DNA of 64,000 bases from Penicillus capitatus (Eukaryota > Plantae > Chlorophyta): the NCBI GenBank assembly GCA_965649825.1, contig OZ287712.1, positions 347,708 to 411,707 on the forward strand, written 5' to 3'. The position numbers were made by a program, and so were the translations under genes. Shown here piece after piece: positions 13,301-26,643 of the stretch (its first letter is position 1; every line of letters begins with the position of its first letter). Below the pieces are notes generated by a model, which did not search any database, had not been told where the DNA came from, and saw only the letters and a list, made by a program, of their open reading frames with translations.

Positions 13301-13855
13301 ATGCTCGAGTCGGATCTTCGTCTGAGGGGCGTCTGTCGAGTGACGGCCGCCGGCGAGGCGTCTGGAGACGATGGATGCAGGGCGAAGCTGGGCAAGGGTC
13401 GTCGTACCTTGTCGGAGGTTCATGTCGTTTGGCTTCCATCCGAAGGCGCCGCTCTCTTCTTCCGTCGAAACGATGCCCGTCCATCCACGGGCGGCATTCG
13501 ATACTAACGGCCCCGTCGTCAGCGGGACGCCACGTGTGCCGCGCGTTCCGGTGCTCCTCGGCGGCAGAAGGTTCTGTTTGTCTTTCGTGCGACCGGAGCT
13601 TTGACCCGCGACGGACGCCGAGCGCGGCAACGGCGACGAAGAATGCGTGTCGCCGTGTCCGTGTGTCGTGTCTGCTTTCTTCATAGGATAGTGTCCGACC
13701 AGAAACTCGGCGCCAACCTGAAAACGCCATCGGCGTTTTGCCGAGAGGCATCTCGTGTCTTGCCGTTTTTTGCTCGTGAACAGACTGTTGACGCATTTGG
13801 GGCCCCGCGTTCGATGGGTGACCGTCAGCAAATGAAAGCGACCGTTGTCGCGCAC
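10340..13855 (-). CDS. Uncharacterised protein: long disordered S/T/R/K-rich N-terminus, two TM segments around a Cys-containing loop, disordered tail; 5' end uncertain
   Basis: ORFs 12640-13140, 11354-12571 and 10689-11324 join through plausible GT-AG introns; two hydrophobic stretches (LISWLLVASVFLWSFLQF; VIWLLVGIALVVTGALF); last exon ends RAALHG-TAG. Confidence 0.5.
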
Positions 13856-14191
13856 AGCTCTTTCGCGTTGCGTGTCAAAGATAGCGTCAACGGACAGGAG
13901 ATAGTGCGCAACGTTTGACGATTGAATGAAAGTAATGGCCTTCTCTTAACACCCACCCCTCGCGCCGCCGTACGGACACCGGTATCCAAAGGCACGTTCT
14001 CTTAGAGCAAAGGCGGCGGCGCCTTGACGCGCATTTCTCCCGTCGAGCTGACAGGCAAAGCCCTTTGGTCTATCGACGATGAGACGGTTGTCGATTCCGT
14101 CTCATCAAGACAGGCTGCCTCAGAGAAACGCCCGTCTTCCAGGATTCTGGACAGGAATATGAAGTGACCGAGCGCCTGCGACGAGAGGATG

Positions 14192-17100
14192 TCACTTTCT
14201 TAAGAGACAGACGCCAATGGCGAGCATCGTGACGAAGAGACCTGTGACAAGACCCAGTGCAAAAATCAAATACTCAATCACGGCAAAATGCCGAGCGTCT
14301 TGGGCTGTCCCATCCGAGCGCAGGTCTACAGCAAAGGCAGCCAGCCGTAGGTGCTCGCTTTGGTGTGGAAAGAGCGACGTGCCTTTCAGTAGGTAGTACT
14401 TCATGAGCGTGCCCAGGGCCTTGTCGACGGGCGCTTCGTCGTCGAAGGCGCCATAATCAAACGCGTGTTCAAAATGGTGTTCTTCAGGAACGGCAAGCGT
14501 CTTGCCCGACCACCACTGAGGACGATCGATGTTCTGCGCCTCCGACAAACCGGGTACGAAAGGAGACAAGGTCGACATCGCGTAGTCCTCTGCAGTTCTC
14601 GGACGCTCCTCCTCCAGCACCGCCTCGTCGCGAGCATCTTCGCTGGCAACATCTCCTGACGCTACGCACAAACCCGACGTGCGTTCTTTGTCCGTATCCG
14701 TAGAGATATACCCTGAAAAGTCTGCATAGGAGAGGGGTAGGCCTGTAGCAATGCTCTTTGTTTCCTTTGGCGGTCTGCTTTGCCATCTCGCCGTTTCGCC
14801 CGTCGGATTCCGTACGTCGTTTCCTGCAGCGCCGACAACGCCTTTACCGTTCGACCGACCTGAAATCACATCGTTGGAGGACAGACCGACATACGATGCC
14901 GTCTTTGACGGAGATGGACCTCGGAGAGGATCTCGTCTGAACCCGTTGGTAAGTGATCGAGCTTGAGAAGCTCATTGGGAAGACCGTGGTCCATCGTGGA
15001 ATGAAAATGCGCGTCGTGTGCGACGATGGCGGTGGATGCTTTCAAGATACGTCGCATCTCCTCTTCTCCGTCCTCCACGATGCGTGACCATCCATTGCCC
15101 AGGTGCTCACGCAACGATGCATCGAGCTTAGCGATGGTCGCCTTCATATCCTCTCCGTTGTCTCCGTTCGCCGCGTGCTCTTCTGTACCGCCGAGCGTCT
15201 GTCGAACCAGATCCACTGCCGCTTTTGTCGACGGATTTTCGATATCGATCGTGTCGAACTGTTCTCGGAATCGCAGCCAATCGCCGTTTCCATCGGTTTC
15301 CAAAGAATCGATCAAGGAACGGAGCTGCTCTCGAACAGGCTGCGGAAGATCCTCAATAGACGTTGCACGGGTCCGGGCGCGTTTTCGAGTCATCGTGGCT
15401 TTCCATTCGCCGAGGCGCTTCGTTGACGCCGACGCTTTCTCTCTGAAGATGCGCTGAATATCCGGCACGTCAGCAGGCGACATAGCACCCGCGTCTGCCA
15501 GAAGCTTTCGTTTGCGTTCGGAAAGAACATCTTGAATCCACTCCTCCAATCGATTCTGCACTTTGGTCACTGTCTGGCTCTTATCCACTCCCATGACCCT
15601 TCTGCCTATGGCCTGAAGCAGCTCTTCACGAAACGCCGCCACTGGCGTTGGCGCTTCGTCTGCATACTCCTCCTTTTCTTTAAAGCCCGACGAGAAATGC
15701 AAAGCGTCTGCGGAAAGGTGCTCGGCGCTTGCGTCGCTCGACTCTGTTCGCCGAGAGAGAAGCGTCTCGAGTGTATCCACGACTGCGTCTAGATCCACGT
15801 GGTATTCTGCCAGCACGTCTGGATGTGCGTCAGCGTCGGCTTCAGACAAGAGTCGTCGCTTCACCGAGGGCTGTTCATCGTCGTCTCGTTTTTGCACTCG
15901 AGAGAACTGGCCGATGTTGCGAACGAAGGCCTTGAGCTTCGAAACGGTATCTTTCAATTTCTCAATCGGTCGTTCCTTTGCCTCCGCAGCTGACTGAACG
16001 TCGATGTCATCAATGAGTTCTCTGAGTGTCGTCGGCGGAGCGTCGACAGGCAAGTGGCGTGCGACGATTGGATTGGTACCCGGTATGTAGCTCTCGATGC
16101 TGAGTATCTGCTTCAGTAACTGAACCAGACGAGCGTCACTTTTCGACAGCGCCGCCGTCTCCAGCTGTGCGTATCTCTGCTCTATGGCGACGACGCTTCT
16201 CCACCACTGTGCCAGACAAGGAATGCGCTTGAGATCCCGAAACTCCACGCATTCACGGAATCGCGTTATGGCGTCACTCATGTCCTGACGAAAAGAAGAG
16301 AGCAGAGGGATCTCGGCAGCTCTGCTCTGTGTCACATAAGCGCGAGCCTCAAAATCGGCAACGGTCGACTCCAACTCGCGGACCAACTACATCGAAAATG
16401 AACGTCTGAAATAAAAAGAGGCATTGGCAAAAAGAGACGTGCCTCGGCGAGACATACGAGGGAGGTATTGCTGGCATCCTGACGGCACGATTCATAACGG
16501 CGAAAAAGAGTGAACACCACCTGGAATGGCGCGCTCAAAACGTTTGAAAAGAGTGACAAACTCTACCTGGGCGAGATCGACGCGTTGTCGGAGATCTTGA
16601 ACGTCTTCTATACTTGCTTGTAGACGCTCCCAGGCGTCTGTCTCCAGCGTCGTGCTCTTTTCTAGATTCCAAAAGAGTGAGATGACCTTAACCGTAGAGC
16701 CGTAGAGCCGTAGCGCTCGACAGTACTTTGTTGTTCAAGAGTCAGGTCTTCCAAGATGCGTTGCATCAGATCGTGTAAGTGTGGCATCGAAGACGCATCG
16801 CCGAGTCCTTGATCGAAGACCTCCTGCAACGTACGCGTCTGATCGACTTGCTCGACGGCGTCTTCCTGAACGAGAGACTCGAGCAATGTCGTCCACGCTG
16901 CGCTTGGACGTTGCCATCGTGAGGGTGTAAGGCATGGCATACTTGCTATCCAGTCGCTGGGATCTGCGTCCGTCATTTGCTGCAAAGGACGCTGTTGCGT
17001 TTCTTCTTCCACGACGCGCAGCGCAGCGTATGCCGCAAGCGCTTCGCTATGTTGCGCAAGGAATGCCCTTCGTATATAAACTGTCAGATTTAGCTCGACA

Positions 17101-17387
17101 CAGGTAGAGCAGCGCACTGGATTTTCGACCGAATCGTCTCGTCGCCAGTATCTGACGCAGCGTCGTCGAGCAGAGACCGCAGCTCGGCCTGTCGGGCAAC
17201 ACGTGTCCAATACGACGACGGCGATCCTTGGCCGTCGTCACGACTACTCTACTGGTCAGACACTCGCCCCTCTTTATGTGGCGATTCGGCACACCTTTAT
17301 CATGTCAACGGATGCTCCACGAGCGACAACGGCCACAAATATACAAACAAGAAGGAAGCACACATGGCATAGGTGTTGCTTTGACAT
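14192..17387 (-). CDS. Uncharacterised type I membrane protein with large helical/coiled-coil ectodomain
   Basis: Signal peptide MSKQHLCHVCFLLVCIFVAVVARGA; ORFs 16662-17210, 14866-16386 and 14192-14869 linked by short introns; C-terminal TM YLIFALGLVTGLFVTMLAIGVCLL-RK. Confidence 0.6.
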
Positions 17388-17951
17388 GATCTGGACGCCG
17401 ATGTTAGCAGGGACAGATCTGGAAAGAGATGACTGAATGCGGGACGATGGTGTGTATGGTCACGCGTCTCTTCGAAGGACATCCTATAGACAACTCGACC
17501 TGTCTCGACCGAGAGCCATTCTCTTGGAGGCGCCGAATCGTCAAGACGCTTTGCAAAAGAAGACCGAGCGCTTGATTCCAGAGCATCGTGTCACATCATT
17601 CTGTGACGTTTCGTCGGACGTCTGCCGCCTCGTGACGTGACAGCTGACGCACGTCACATCAAAAACGCTACGCGTTCATCGCGACGCCGTCTATATCTGA
17701 CGGTTTTTGCCGCGGTCGATCCAGTATCGACCGAGCAACTTCGTGGCTTCCCTTGATAATAGCATCGAACCCACGTCCAACGTCGGCTGCCCTTGTTTGA
17801 TTATTGCCGACATGAAAGTGGAGGGCGAACCGAGTGGTCCACTCAATCTAGTTGATCGATGGCTTCTGATGTGACGTTGTTGGCTAAGGGATGCGATGAC
17901 GGGGTCTACACGTGCTTTGAGTACGATTTCAGTTTGTACAGTCGTTTGCCT

Positions 17952-18411
17952 ATGTCGAAACGCGTACGCACTTCGGACAATAGCGTGCCACCAGATGACG
18001 GCGCGAGCACGGCGTCTAAAAGTGCCGCAAGTCTTGTCGACGGTGCACAAGACGGTCGCTATTTCACCGACATCATTTACAACCTCGCCGACGAACTCGC
18101 TGTCGATCTGAAGGTCCGCCTCGGCGCACCGATCGATTCTCGAGTACCCATCATCTCAGGGGGCATTGGAATCGCATGCGATCGCACTTAACGATAGCGT
18201 GCGTACGTTGCAGCGTATGGCCGAAGGTAGAGCAACGGGTCTGTCCGTGTGATGTGACAGCTGGCTGTTTGGTACAGAGATCACGGCGCAACGCGAAGCC
18301 GAGGACCGAGAGATCCGCGACGAAACGGATCACCTCGTGAGCAAAGTCGCGAGCATTCAGTCGACGATCGCCGCCTTTATGGACACCAATCAGAAACGCA
18401 CGGATGCTTAG
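17952..18411 (+). CDS. Small uncharacterised coiled-coil protein (~120 aa, 2 introns)
   Basis: Splices in frame: MSKRVRTSDN...LAVDLK|GALESHAIAL...QRMAE|EITAQREAED...QKRTDA-TAG. Confidence 0.5.
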
Positions 18412-18508
18412 GAAAAGAGACGCTTTCACGGGAGGCGCTTTATTTCATTAGCGTTGTGCATTGGGGATGCTGAAATTCCTCCGTTACACTGAAGTCCGAT
18501 CTCGACCT

Positions 18509-20415
18509 CTACAGCTCCTCCTTCTTCTCTGACTCTTTGGTCGCAGCGGGCTCCTTTTCCGCCTCTTTGGGATCTTCGCTGGTAATGCCCAGCTTCGTTT
18601 CGACGAATGTTATGAGATCTTTTAGAGAACGATCTCCGGCGTAGTCCAGAACCTCGCCGCCTTTTTTCACGTACTTAAGCGTCGGATAGCCCTTCACCTG
18701 TAAAAGCGTCCATGTGAAGCCAAGATATGACGAATGTGAGAGAGATAGACTTCGAAACGACCGTCGGGGATGTCGTTGGCTGTGGCATCCATCTTGGCGA
18801 CGATGAGATTGTCGTTATCCTTGAAATGCTTGGCGAGGTTCTCGTAGATCGGCGCCAGTTTCTTGCAATGGCCACACCACGGAGCGTAGAACTCCATAAG
18901 GACGTCTTTTCCGGACGATAGAACTTCGGCAAACGTCTTGGCCACCACGACCTAAACACAACCGCCTTATCAGGCGAAATCTCTTCCAATCTCTTCCCAC
19001 TTTGACAGGGCCGCTGTCATCTTTTGGCGGCTCCTCCGATTTGATGGTCGGTTCCAGTTCTCCCGCCTGGTCGCAACAGCAGATCGTTGTTTATCCAGAA
19101 TCGTGGTGCCTGTGCCTCACCTTCCATTTGGCGACGAAGGATTTGATGTCGTCCACTTTAACTTTTTTCTGCACGAATTTCTTTCCATCCGAGTGGTCGT
19201 GCATCACAACAGCGGGGCAGTCACCCTCCTCGATGCCAAAGTATCGGGCAGCCTTTGAGTTGATGGATGCATCGATAAAGATCACATTGAAGCTCGTGTG
19301 TGCTTCATCTACTTCAGTCAAAATCTCCTTCATTTCCTGCAGCTGTTTGTCATCCTATACAAGACCCTCACTCAAAATCACACCACAAAGAATGAGAGTC
19401 ACATACAGGTTGCACGTAGGCGATTAGACGCGGCTCCGGTTTGGCAAAGATCTCTTGTACCCTCTTCATGTGTCGCGGACTTGTTCTAGTCACAAACAGA
19501 AGAGTGAGAAAGTGTGAGGGATCGTCGATGCAGCTACTGGATGAGTTCAGTAAGACGAGGGGTGGACGTTTTGATGGCCCAATCCACAATGGCATCTACC
19601 GTGAACTCTCCGTTATACTTGGAGATGTTTTTCTCGGTAGCTTTGAGGAAGAACACCATCGATCCCGTACAGAATTCCGGATCTATCTCACACATGTCAC
19701 ACTTTCGAAATGGCCACTTAATAATAATACCCGCTGTGCATTTTTCGATGAGTTTTGGATTGAACGTATGGGCGATGGCAAATCCTTCAGTCCTCACCTT
19801 CTCCGCAACTTCCAAATACACCTTCGATTCTTTGCTCTCTTCTCCAAAGGCGCCGATCATAATTGCCTCATTCTTCGCCAGTTTGACGCCCTCTTCTTTG
19901 GTCTGAATCAGGGTGGAGGCTGGACCGAACGCCTTGTTTACTTCCTCCACGATCCCAGCTGCCGTTCGCGGTCCATTATACTCCTCGGGATTCTCCAACG
20001 AGCCGTTTCGGAACAGGCGAATCGAAGGAAATCCCTTGATGTCATATCTGCACGTCATCCATCAGAAAAGTGTGAAAAGTGTGAGATCGTTGCTTTTGAG
20101 CAAGTGGTTTGTTTTTCTGGTCATCCACATCACACTTGGCAAGCTTGACACTGGAGTTGCTCTCTTTGAGCAATTGGGCCGCCTTTTCGTATTCCGGAGC
20201 GAGTTTTTTGCAGTGTCCACACCATGGCGCATAGAACTCCACGACGATATCTCCTACCAGGTGCAGAATCGTCAGGGCGTGTAGAGGACACGGACGAAGC
20301 GACCTTGTGCGACAACGGTGTCAAAGTTGTCGACGTCCAGGACGATAACGTGATCTTCAGCAGCGGCGCTAACGAATGCGCCGACAAAAACGAGGGCACA
20401 GATAAAGAGACGCAT
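18509..20415 (-). CDS. PDI: Protein disulfide isomerase (a-b-b'-a')
   Basis: Signal peptide, two [14 protein letters not shown] thioredoxin sites, GFPSI and GYPTL motifs, C-terminal KEEL ER-retention signal. Confidence 0.96.
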
Positions 20416-20530
20416 CAGGACTCGGGCGCAACGAAGGCGAGAACGGGGCAATTGTGGCGGAAGCTGAGCTCAAAAGGGCCTTGGTGGCAGGTGGCGACGT
20501 GTCTCATGTGATGTGACAGATGAATCGTCG

Positions 20531-22041
20531 TTACAGGATGGCCTCAGCGGGACGCAGACCGAGTTCTCGAAACATGACCTCATCTTCGTCTTGATCATTG
20601 TTGGATGTCGTCAGAAGCTTGTCGCCTAAACAGAGCGTCGTTGGCCTCTCCCGATCGATCAAAAGAGTGCGCGCCTGACCTGAGAACACGCTGTTGGCGC
20701 CGGCCAGAAAACAGAGAGCCTGATCTGAGAATGTGAGGTTCAGACGTCCAGCAGCGAGGCGGACTTTAGACTTGGGCATTAGAATCCTGGCCGTCGCGAT
20801 GCATCTGTTTAGGGGAAGAGACCAAAAAGAGTGACCAGAATGTGTGAGGTGTTGTACCGGACCATCTCAGGTGCAGCGACCGGTGCCTCGTTCTCAAGCG
20901 GTGTGCCTTTAATGACCACCAATCGATTGATGGGAACCGATTCGGGATGAACAGGCATCGAGGCGAGCTGATGCAGAAGACTGATCCGATCTTGCGTTTC
21001 CTCGCCTAGAAACGCTCTCTCATTCAAAATCACACGATCTGCATACGGTGTCCATACCGAGTCCCAGGATTCCACCACAGCAGACACTGATCCCAGCTGC
21101 TCTCACTTTTTGGACGGTATCCAGCCGGTCCTGTCAGAGAAGATCGAGATGCGTTTCGCCCGTACGCTGTCGTGTACTTCGTATTTTCGAGTCGTCGTGA
21201 TTTTGGGGTAGTGTTCGGGACTGGTATCCAGATTGTGGTTGTAGGCAGTGAGTCCAGCTTCCTTGAGTTGCATCGCCTGCTCAGCTGTCAGCATTCCTGT
21301 TCAAGAAGCTGGCGTGTTTCTGCATCTATATGAGGAAAGAGGACAGACCCAACGTGGCACAGACTTCCATGCCTAGGCCTCGCACTTTGGAAACCATTTC
21401 CAGAACGCGTTTGAATTGATTGGGTCCGACTTGAGATGGCCCTCTCCATGCAGCTCCCATGCAAAATCGTGTGCTCCCTGCTTCTTTGGCTTTCAGAGCT
21501 GCCTAAGATTGTGCGACCACGTTCTGCGACAGTCTTGTCTATGGCGATGTGACTTGGTAGACGTCATCAATGTTCATGAGCCGTTCTGCTTTGGTCCCAG
21601 TCGTGGCTTTGTACTTTGAGCTTTGTGAACAGTAATGGCAGTCTTCGGGGCATCCACCGCTCTTGATATTCAATAGAGTGCAACGCTGAACCTGTCACAT
21701 CAGATAGATATGAACGCCATCGCCATGTGCGTGGCCGCACGCTTCGAGGGTCGTGATAGAGACGATGCACCGAAGCTGCTTGGTAGACGAGATCGAGCAG
21801 GGGCATGGAGTAGACTCCTTTGATCTCGCCCTTGCTACGTTAGAAATAGTTGGGAGTCGAGAAAACAAGGGGCGGAAGGCTACGTCCAGTCGCTGCGTAT
21901 GTCGCCAATCTTCGTTCGCCATGAGTTCGGTGGCGGGGTCTCCTCTTCCGCTGCCGCGACAGCGGATTCGAAACGTATCAACGTCGACTGGAAAAATCGA
22001 AAGGGCGAGACGCGAAACAGACGGTGTAATACGATCGCCAT
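20531..22041 (-). CDS. BIO2: Biotin synthase (radical SAM), mitochondrial-type presequence
   Basis: [12 protein letters not shown] CxxxCxxC motif, [48 protein letters not shown]. Confidence 0.96.
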
Positions 22042-22528
22042 TTCGACGTGTTACGCAAGGTAGGATGCAGTTTTGGCACTTTTACGCTTCGTGTATACGG
22101 TACCGTATTCACGAAACATAAGGTACGACACTTCTCGGGTGCTTACTAAAACAGCTTTTAGACAACGTTCAGATATTAGTAAGTCTACAATCGTACGCGA
22201 ACAGGTTTTATGACGAACATCTTCATATCAATGGATTATTAGTCAAACACCTCCTTCAAAGTTCGCTAATGATAAGAGCATACATATCATATAATCACGA
22301 TTTCTATTCATCCACTCAGAGTTCCAAATAAGCACACGAATGTCGAGGAAAGGACTATCGGAGCCTGGGATTTTTACGCAAACCTGGGTAACACTCGTTT
22401 AGCTACACAGTATTGTCCCGAATAAGCGATTAGTATGATAAACTTTAAGCGTCCCCCTTCGTACATCACTGTATGTGTCATCGTGTGAACGTTGACCATT
22501 CTTTTAAGGATGAGCTTTTTGTCTTGTC

Positions 22529-23350
22529 TTGGAACGCGAATATGGTTTCAGAGCGGTATCTTTCATGTGTTGGACGCCAGATTTCCAACAATGGTTAATT
22601 CCGTTCTTCTTCTTAACGGAAGCAAGACATTGGACACGACCGCCTACGATGACTACTAAAAGCACATGGACACTAGCTCGTCCAGAGGACAGGCTGTGGC
22701 GAAGATGGCGGCTCGTTACCAGAATACGTCACGAGTCGAGATCCTTGCAGATTACACGCAAGAAACAGAACGTGCCGAAGCCGATGCAGTAGTCGGACTG
22801 CTTCAAATTCTCTGGTATTGTACTAAACTCGCTTTGCAAACGCTACACCCTTGGAAAATGCGGTAGCTCTTAAAACGCAGCTTTTCACTAGGCATCGGTG
22901 CAACAAGAGGTAGAACAAACGTGCTCGAATTCTTGTTTGGGATTCGCAGATGAATTTATAAAGCATGTCATGGCCACGAAAGAAAGCTGCTTGATATGTT
23001 ACACACCATGATATCGATCGTTCAATTCAGGAACCTTAGATACGGTGGACATCATCCAGAACAAACTCGATTCGCTATTGTCAGCAATCATTACGGAAGT
23101 GTTAACGAGTAGTTTCAGAAGGTGAACTACAATCATCTTGTTAACAATCCAAGACCGTCTTGTACAACGTTTTCTATGCGATTGTGAAGGGCTGATGTCA
23201 AGAAACAGCTGTAAGCTTCACTGTCTTGCCCTCTGGACAGCTGTCCCCTTCCGGGTTCTATCAACATCGAGATACTTAAACGCGTCCACTGTAGAACCCT
23301 GCCTTTCTGTAATCATCCTCGTGTTTGTGGCTGGACACCTTGACGATTGA
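22529..23350 (+). other. Exon-like fragments in an AT-richer interval (possible degenerate or orphan gene)
   Basis: Short open stretches flanked by GT/AG (e.g. TLDTVDIIQNKLDSLLSAIITEVLTSSF), but no stop-free spliced model could be built. Confidence 0.25.
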
Positions 23351-24785
23351 ATAAGTTTAATAGTATTGTTATATAACAGTGATTCGTTTTTTGAAAGATT
23401 TCAGTCTGCTATCGACCGTCCGTGAGGTTAACAGTAATGTTTCATTCATCTTGCCGATATGTCCTTACAGCTGTCAAATACAAAACCAAGGGAACACGTC
23501 ACGAAAGAACTCGGTGATTACATTGTCACTGTCAGGAAGGGAGAAGAACTTAAGAAGAAGGTCATAACATGACATGAGGCATGTCGCCATCATAACGTCA
23601 TGCAGAAAACCACTATAAAAAGGGGGTTATCCGAACAAAGATCTGTAACAAGTGAACGTCTATCTGTTTTAACAAAGTTTGGTATTTGCTCATATCAACA
23701 TGGAAGTGGTTGTGGTCGAGCTCGATGCATGAAAAATGAGAGACAAAGAATGTCGTGACATGCATGGAATGGTCATCTCAGGGACGGATATCAGCTTTTA
23801 ATGCCATTACGAATGCAAGTGGCATCATGATCGCGTGGTTTACAGACTCGGGAGCGAAGAGACTGACGTGCATAAATCTAAAAACAACTCAATGGCTTAA
23901 ACAACACTCTTCATAGCTTCTGAATGGAATGTTTCTCGTTACAAGAAACGAATGAGATGTCTTGGCACTGTTTAGAACTGATTGTTCATAGAACACTTGT
24001 ACAAACTTGCTCGTGCGATTCGTGCCGGATGTGTGAGCCTATTGTCACGGCGTTTTTAATTGACATACCCTTAGTCATCATTCGACAGGAAACGCTTTAT
24101 CTTTGTGTGCATTTACGACGACTGTTCTCAAGCTGTTCTTTATTTTCTGACCGAAATGCGGTCGACGGAAAACATGACTGTGACAAGTATCCGCCGAGGC
24201 CGATGGAAGAAACCGCAACGCAGCAAGCTCCCTCCTAACGCCAGAAATCAAAGATAGTCGCGGCGAAGCGATTGCAAAATAAAACAAACAGAACTAGGCA
24301 GCTCGCGTCACACTACGGTTCGCCCGCAAAGCGTTTGCGTCTCATCTCGCGGCCGAGGTTACGCAGAAATCATTAAGATCCATAAGCTGCATGAAGTAGC
24401 GACCACTTCACGGCTACGCCCAAAAGAACGAATGGCTACAGCTAGCAAAACAGAAAACATTCAGCTAGAGACGTTCGTTGTCTTTACAGCCGAGCAACAG
24501 CTCACATTTAACAAGCAAATGAGAGTTATACCAGAAATGCACATAAAATGTATGCCGTATTCGAACGCGCCTAAAGAGCGAATTCAACAGTGACCTGAGT
24601 GTCGTCTCATACCAAACAAAGATGACTAGACATGTGCTTCATTCAACTGGCCATTCAACAGCCAACGATACCAAACAGGTTTGCCAGACGTTCATTCCTC
24701 AATCTGCTGTTTCCCGAGAGTTCGACCGCCGAATAGAGGATCACTCATCCATGCGATCTGTCTTACTGGGAGACAGCGGCAAAAT

Positions 24786-26077
24786 CTAGAAAACTGGAAC
24801 AAACGGCGGAGATGTTGGCGGATGGACTCTTCTTCTGTGCCCTTTTCTTTGACCAGCACGTGTTTTCGGGATACTGGTCTGTGTTGTCGGGAAGCGGGTC
24901 TGTGTCCCCTGGAAGAGAATCATCGCATCCTTCTCGTCGACGATAAAGTAGATAAAGGGGCGATCCACGTAATACTCGCGCAGCATCATTCTCGCTGCGA
25001 TGCGTAACCCTGTTGACGCTGCCGCTTCTGTGCCCTTCATTACACGCCATTAGAAGGAAACAATAGTCTACTCTCATGCCCACCTCTTCATCCACAACGA
25101 TCTTGGCTTTGTGAAGAACATTCGATATGGCAAGGGGAGGATAGTTTGTGATGCCTTGGAAGTTTGCATCTTCGCCGAACGCGGTAGTCAATCCCAGACT
25201 GTGCAGAATTTCTTCCAGTCCTTCGAGCGACAGCTCCAATTCCCACTTGGGGAGTTTAAATACCCCCGCCTCGATCGAAGCGAATCCACCCTGGAAGAGA
25301 GAATCTATCTCGGATGCAAGGTTCTTCTCCGCTTTCTTCCATCCATCTTTCTTGTCGGGTAACAACACGTACATCGAGAAATTTCCCCCTTTGTACGGCA
25401 ATTTGAAAAGAATACTATCCAATGACGGCACTCTTTTTAGAAGGATGTACTTGTGGCGAAGCATCATGAAAGGCACGGTCTGGTCTCCACCAACTCCGTG
25501 AAAGATGCCGTCGGCAGTGTCCTGCGGGGAGAATTGTGTCTGCCACTTGTCCTTGAAGTAGAGGGCGTTGACAGCCACCAAGGCCGTGTTAGCATCAAGT
25601 ACGCCAGGCGGAATGATCTCTGGTATCATCCCCTCCGTTTTTTCTGCCACCCATGCATTGATGTCGCGTCCAACGGCATCGTATCCGTGAACGAAATCGA
25701 CGTGCTCGAGGTTGTCACGACCGACGTCCCGGACAAAGCGGTTCTTGATTTTCAACTCCTCTTCCACGTACACGCGATTTGCCATCTTGGCGGCGGAGTG
25801 TCTGCTGTAGTCGTCCATCTTGTCTGAAAGGCGACGCTTCTCGCGCTTGTCCTAAACGCATAATCATGAAGACGTCGTTGCTGTATAACGGAAAGCGTAC
25901 GTCAAATCCGAAGAGGTCCTCGATTTCTAACTTGGTCTTCCCGGCAGCGCCATGATAGACGAGCAGAAAGCACATGGCGATGGAGAGTGGGGAGAAGATG
26001 AGGCTTTCGCTGAGGTGGTTCGCTCTCCATTCCGAAACCACCTGCTGAGAGAATTCGTTGACGGCGTTTTCAGCCAT
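24786..26077 (-). CDS. Serpin B (complete, 2 introns, no signal peptide)
   Basis: IFSPLSIAMCFLLVYHGAAGKT, ANRVYV, INAWVAEKTEGMI, VNALYFKDKW, hinge EEGTEAAASTG, VDRPFIYFI. Confidence 0.95.
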
Positions 26078-26430
26078 AAAGGATTGCGGCGCAACTGTCT
26101 TCTGCCGAACAATCTACGTACGTTTCTTAATGACACGCGTAAATGGACACCTTGTGTTACAATTTACCACGTTTCGGCAAAGTTGGCCAGAAACGAAGCG
26201 TTTTCCCGTCTAAGGATCGTCTGTCGTCCTTCCTGTATAGCATCTCATTAAGGCCGACTATCATCTAGAGAATCGACAATTGTCCGGTGAGGTCGCCACC
26301 TTCCTGTCGAAAAGATACCAATGAGACTTTTATGCCGGATTGATGAATGCCTTCGTCGCGTGGATTACAGTCCTCTTCTCTCTTCTCAATCGACCCAGTT
26401 CTCTCTTAAAAAGAAGGACTTAAGGAAACA

Positions 26431-26571
26431 TCAGGTCTCAGCAGCGTTGAGAATAGGCCCCAATCGGTGTGTTTGTTCAGTGTAGATCCCTACGACGATT
26501 CCCAGACCGAAGCAGACGATCGCAGAATTATCATTCAAGATACCGCCGAGCAAACTTCTTAAGAGCGCCAC
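26431..26571 (-). pseudogene. Degenerate copy of the STMP1-like gene at 31867-32110
   Basis: Aligns with the 32110 copy, but start ATG is GTG, 12 nt are missing, and a TGA follows where the intact copy has its intron and exon 2. Confidence 0.7.
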
Positions 26572-26643
26572 ATGATAATAAATGAGAAGGACGTGACACG
26601 TTGTTTCAATTCGATTAACATTTCGCTGCGTTACAACGCGTCG

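Noticed and set aside
1-26077. Inverted serpin copies as terminal repeats of a large transposon
   Set aside because: The repeats are ordinary diverged gene copies, the interior holds housekeeping genes, and no transposase or target-site duplication is visible.
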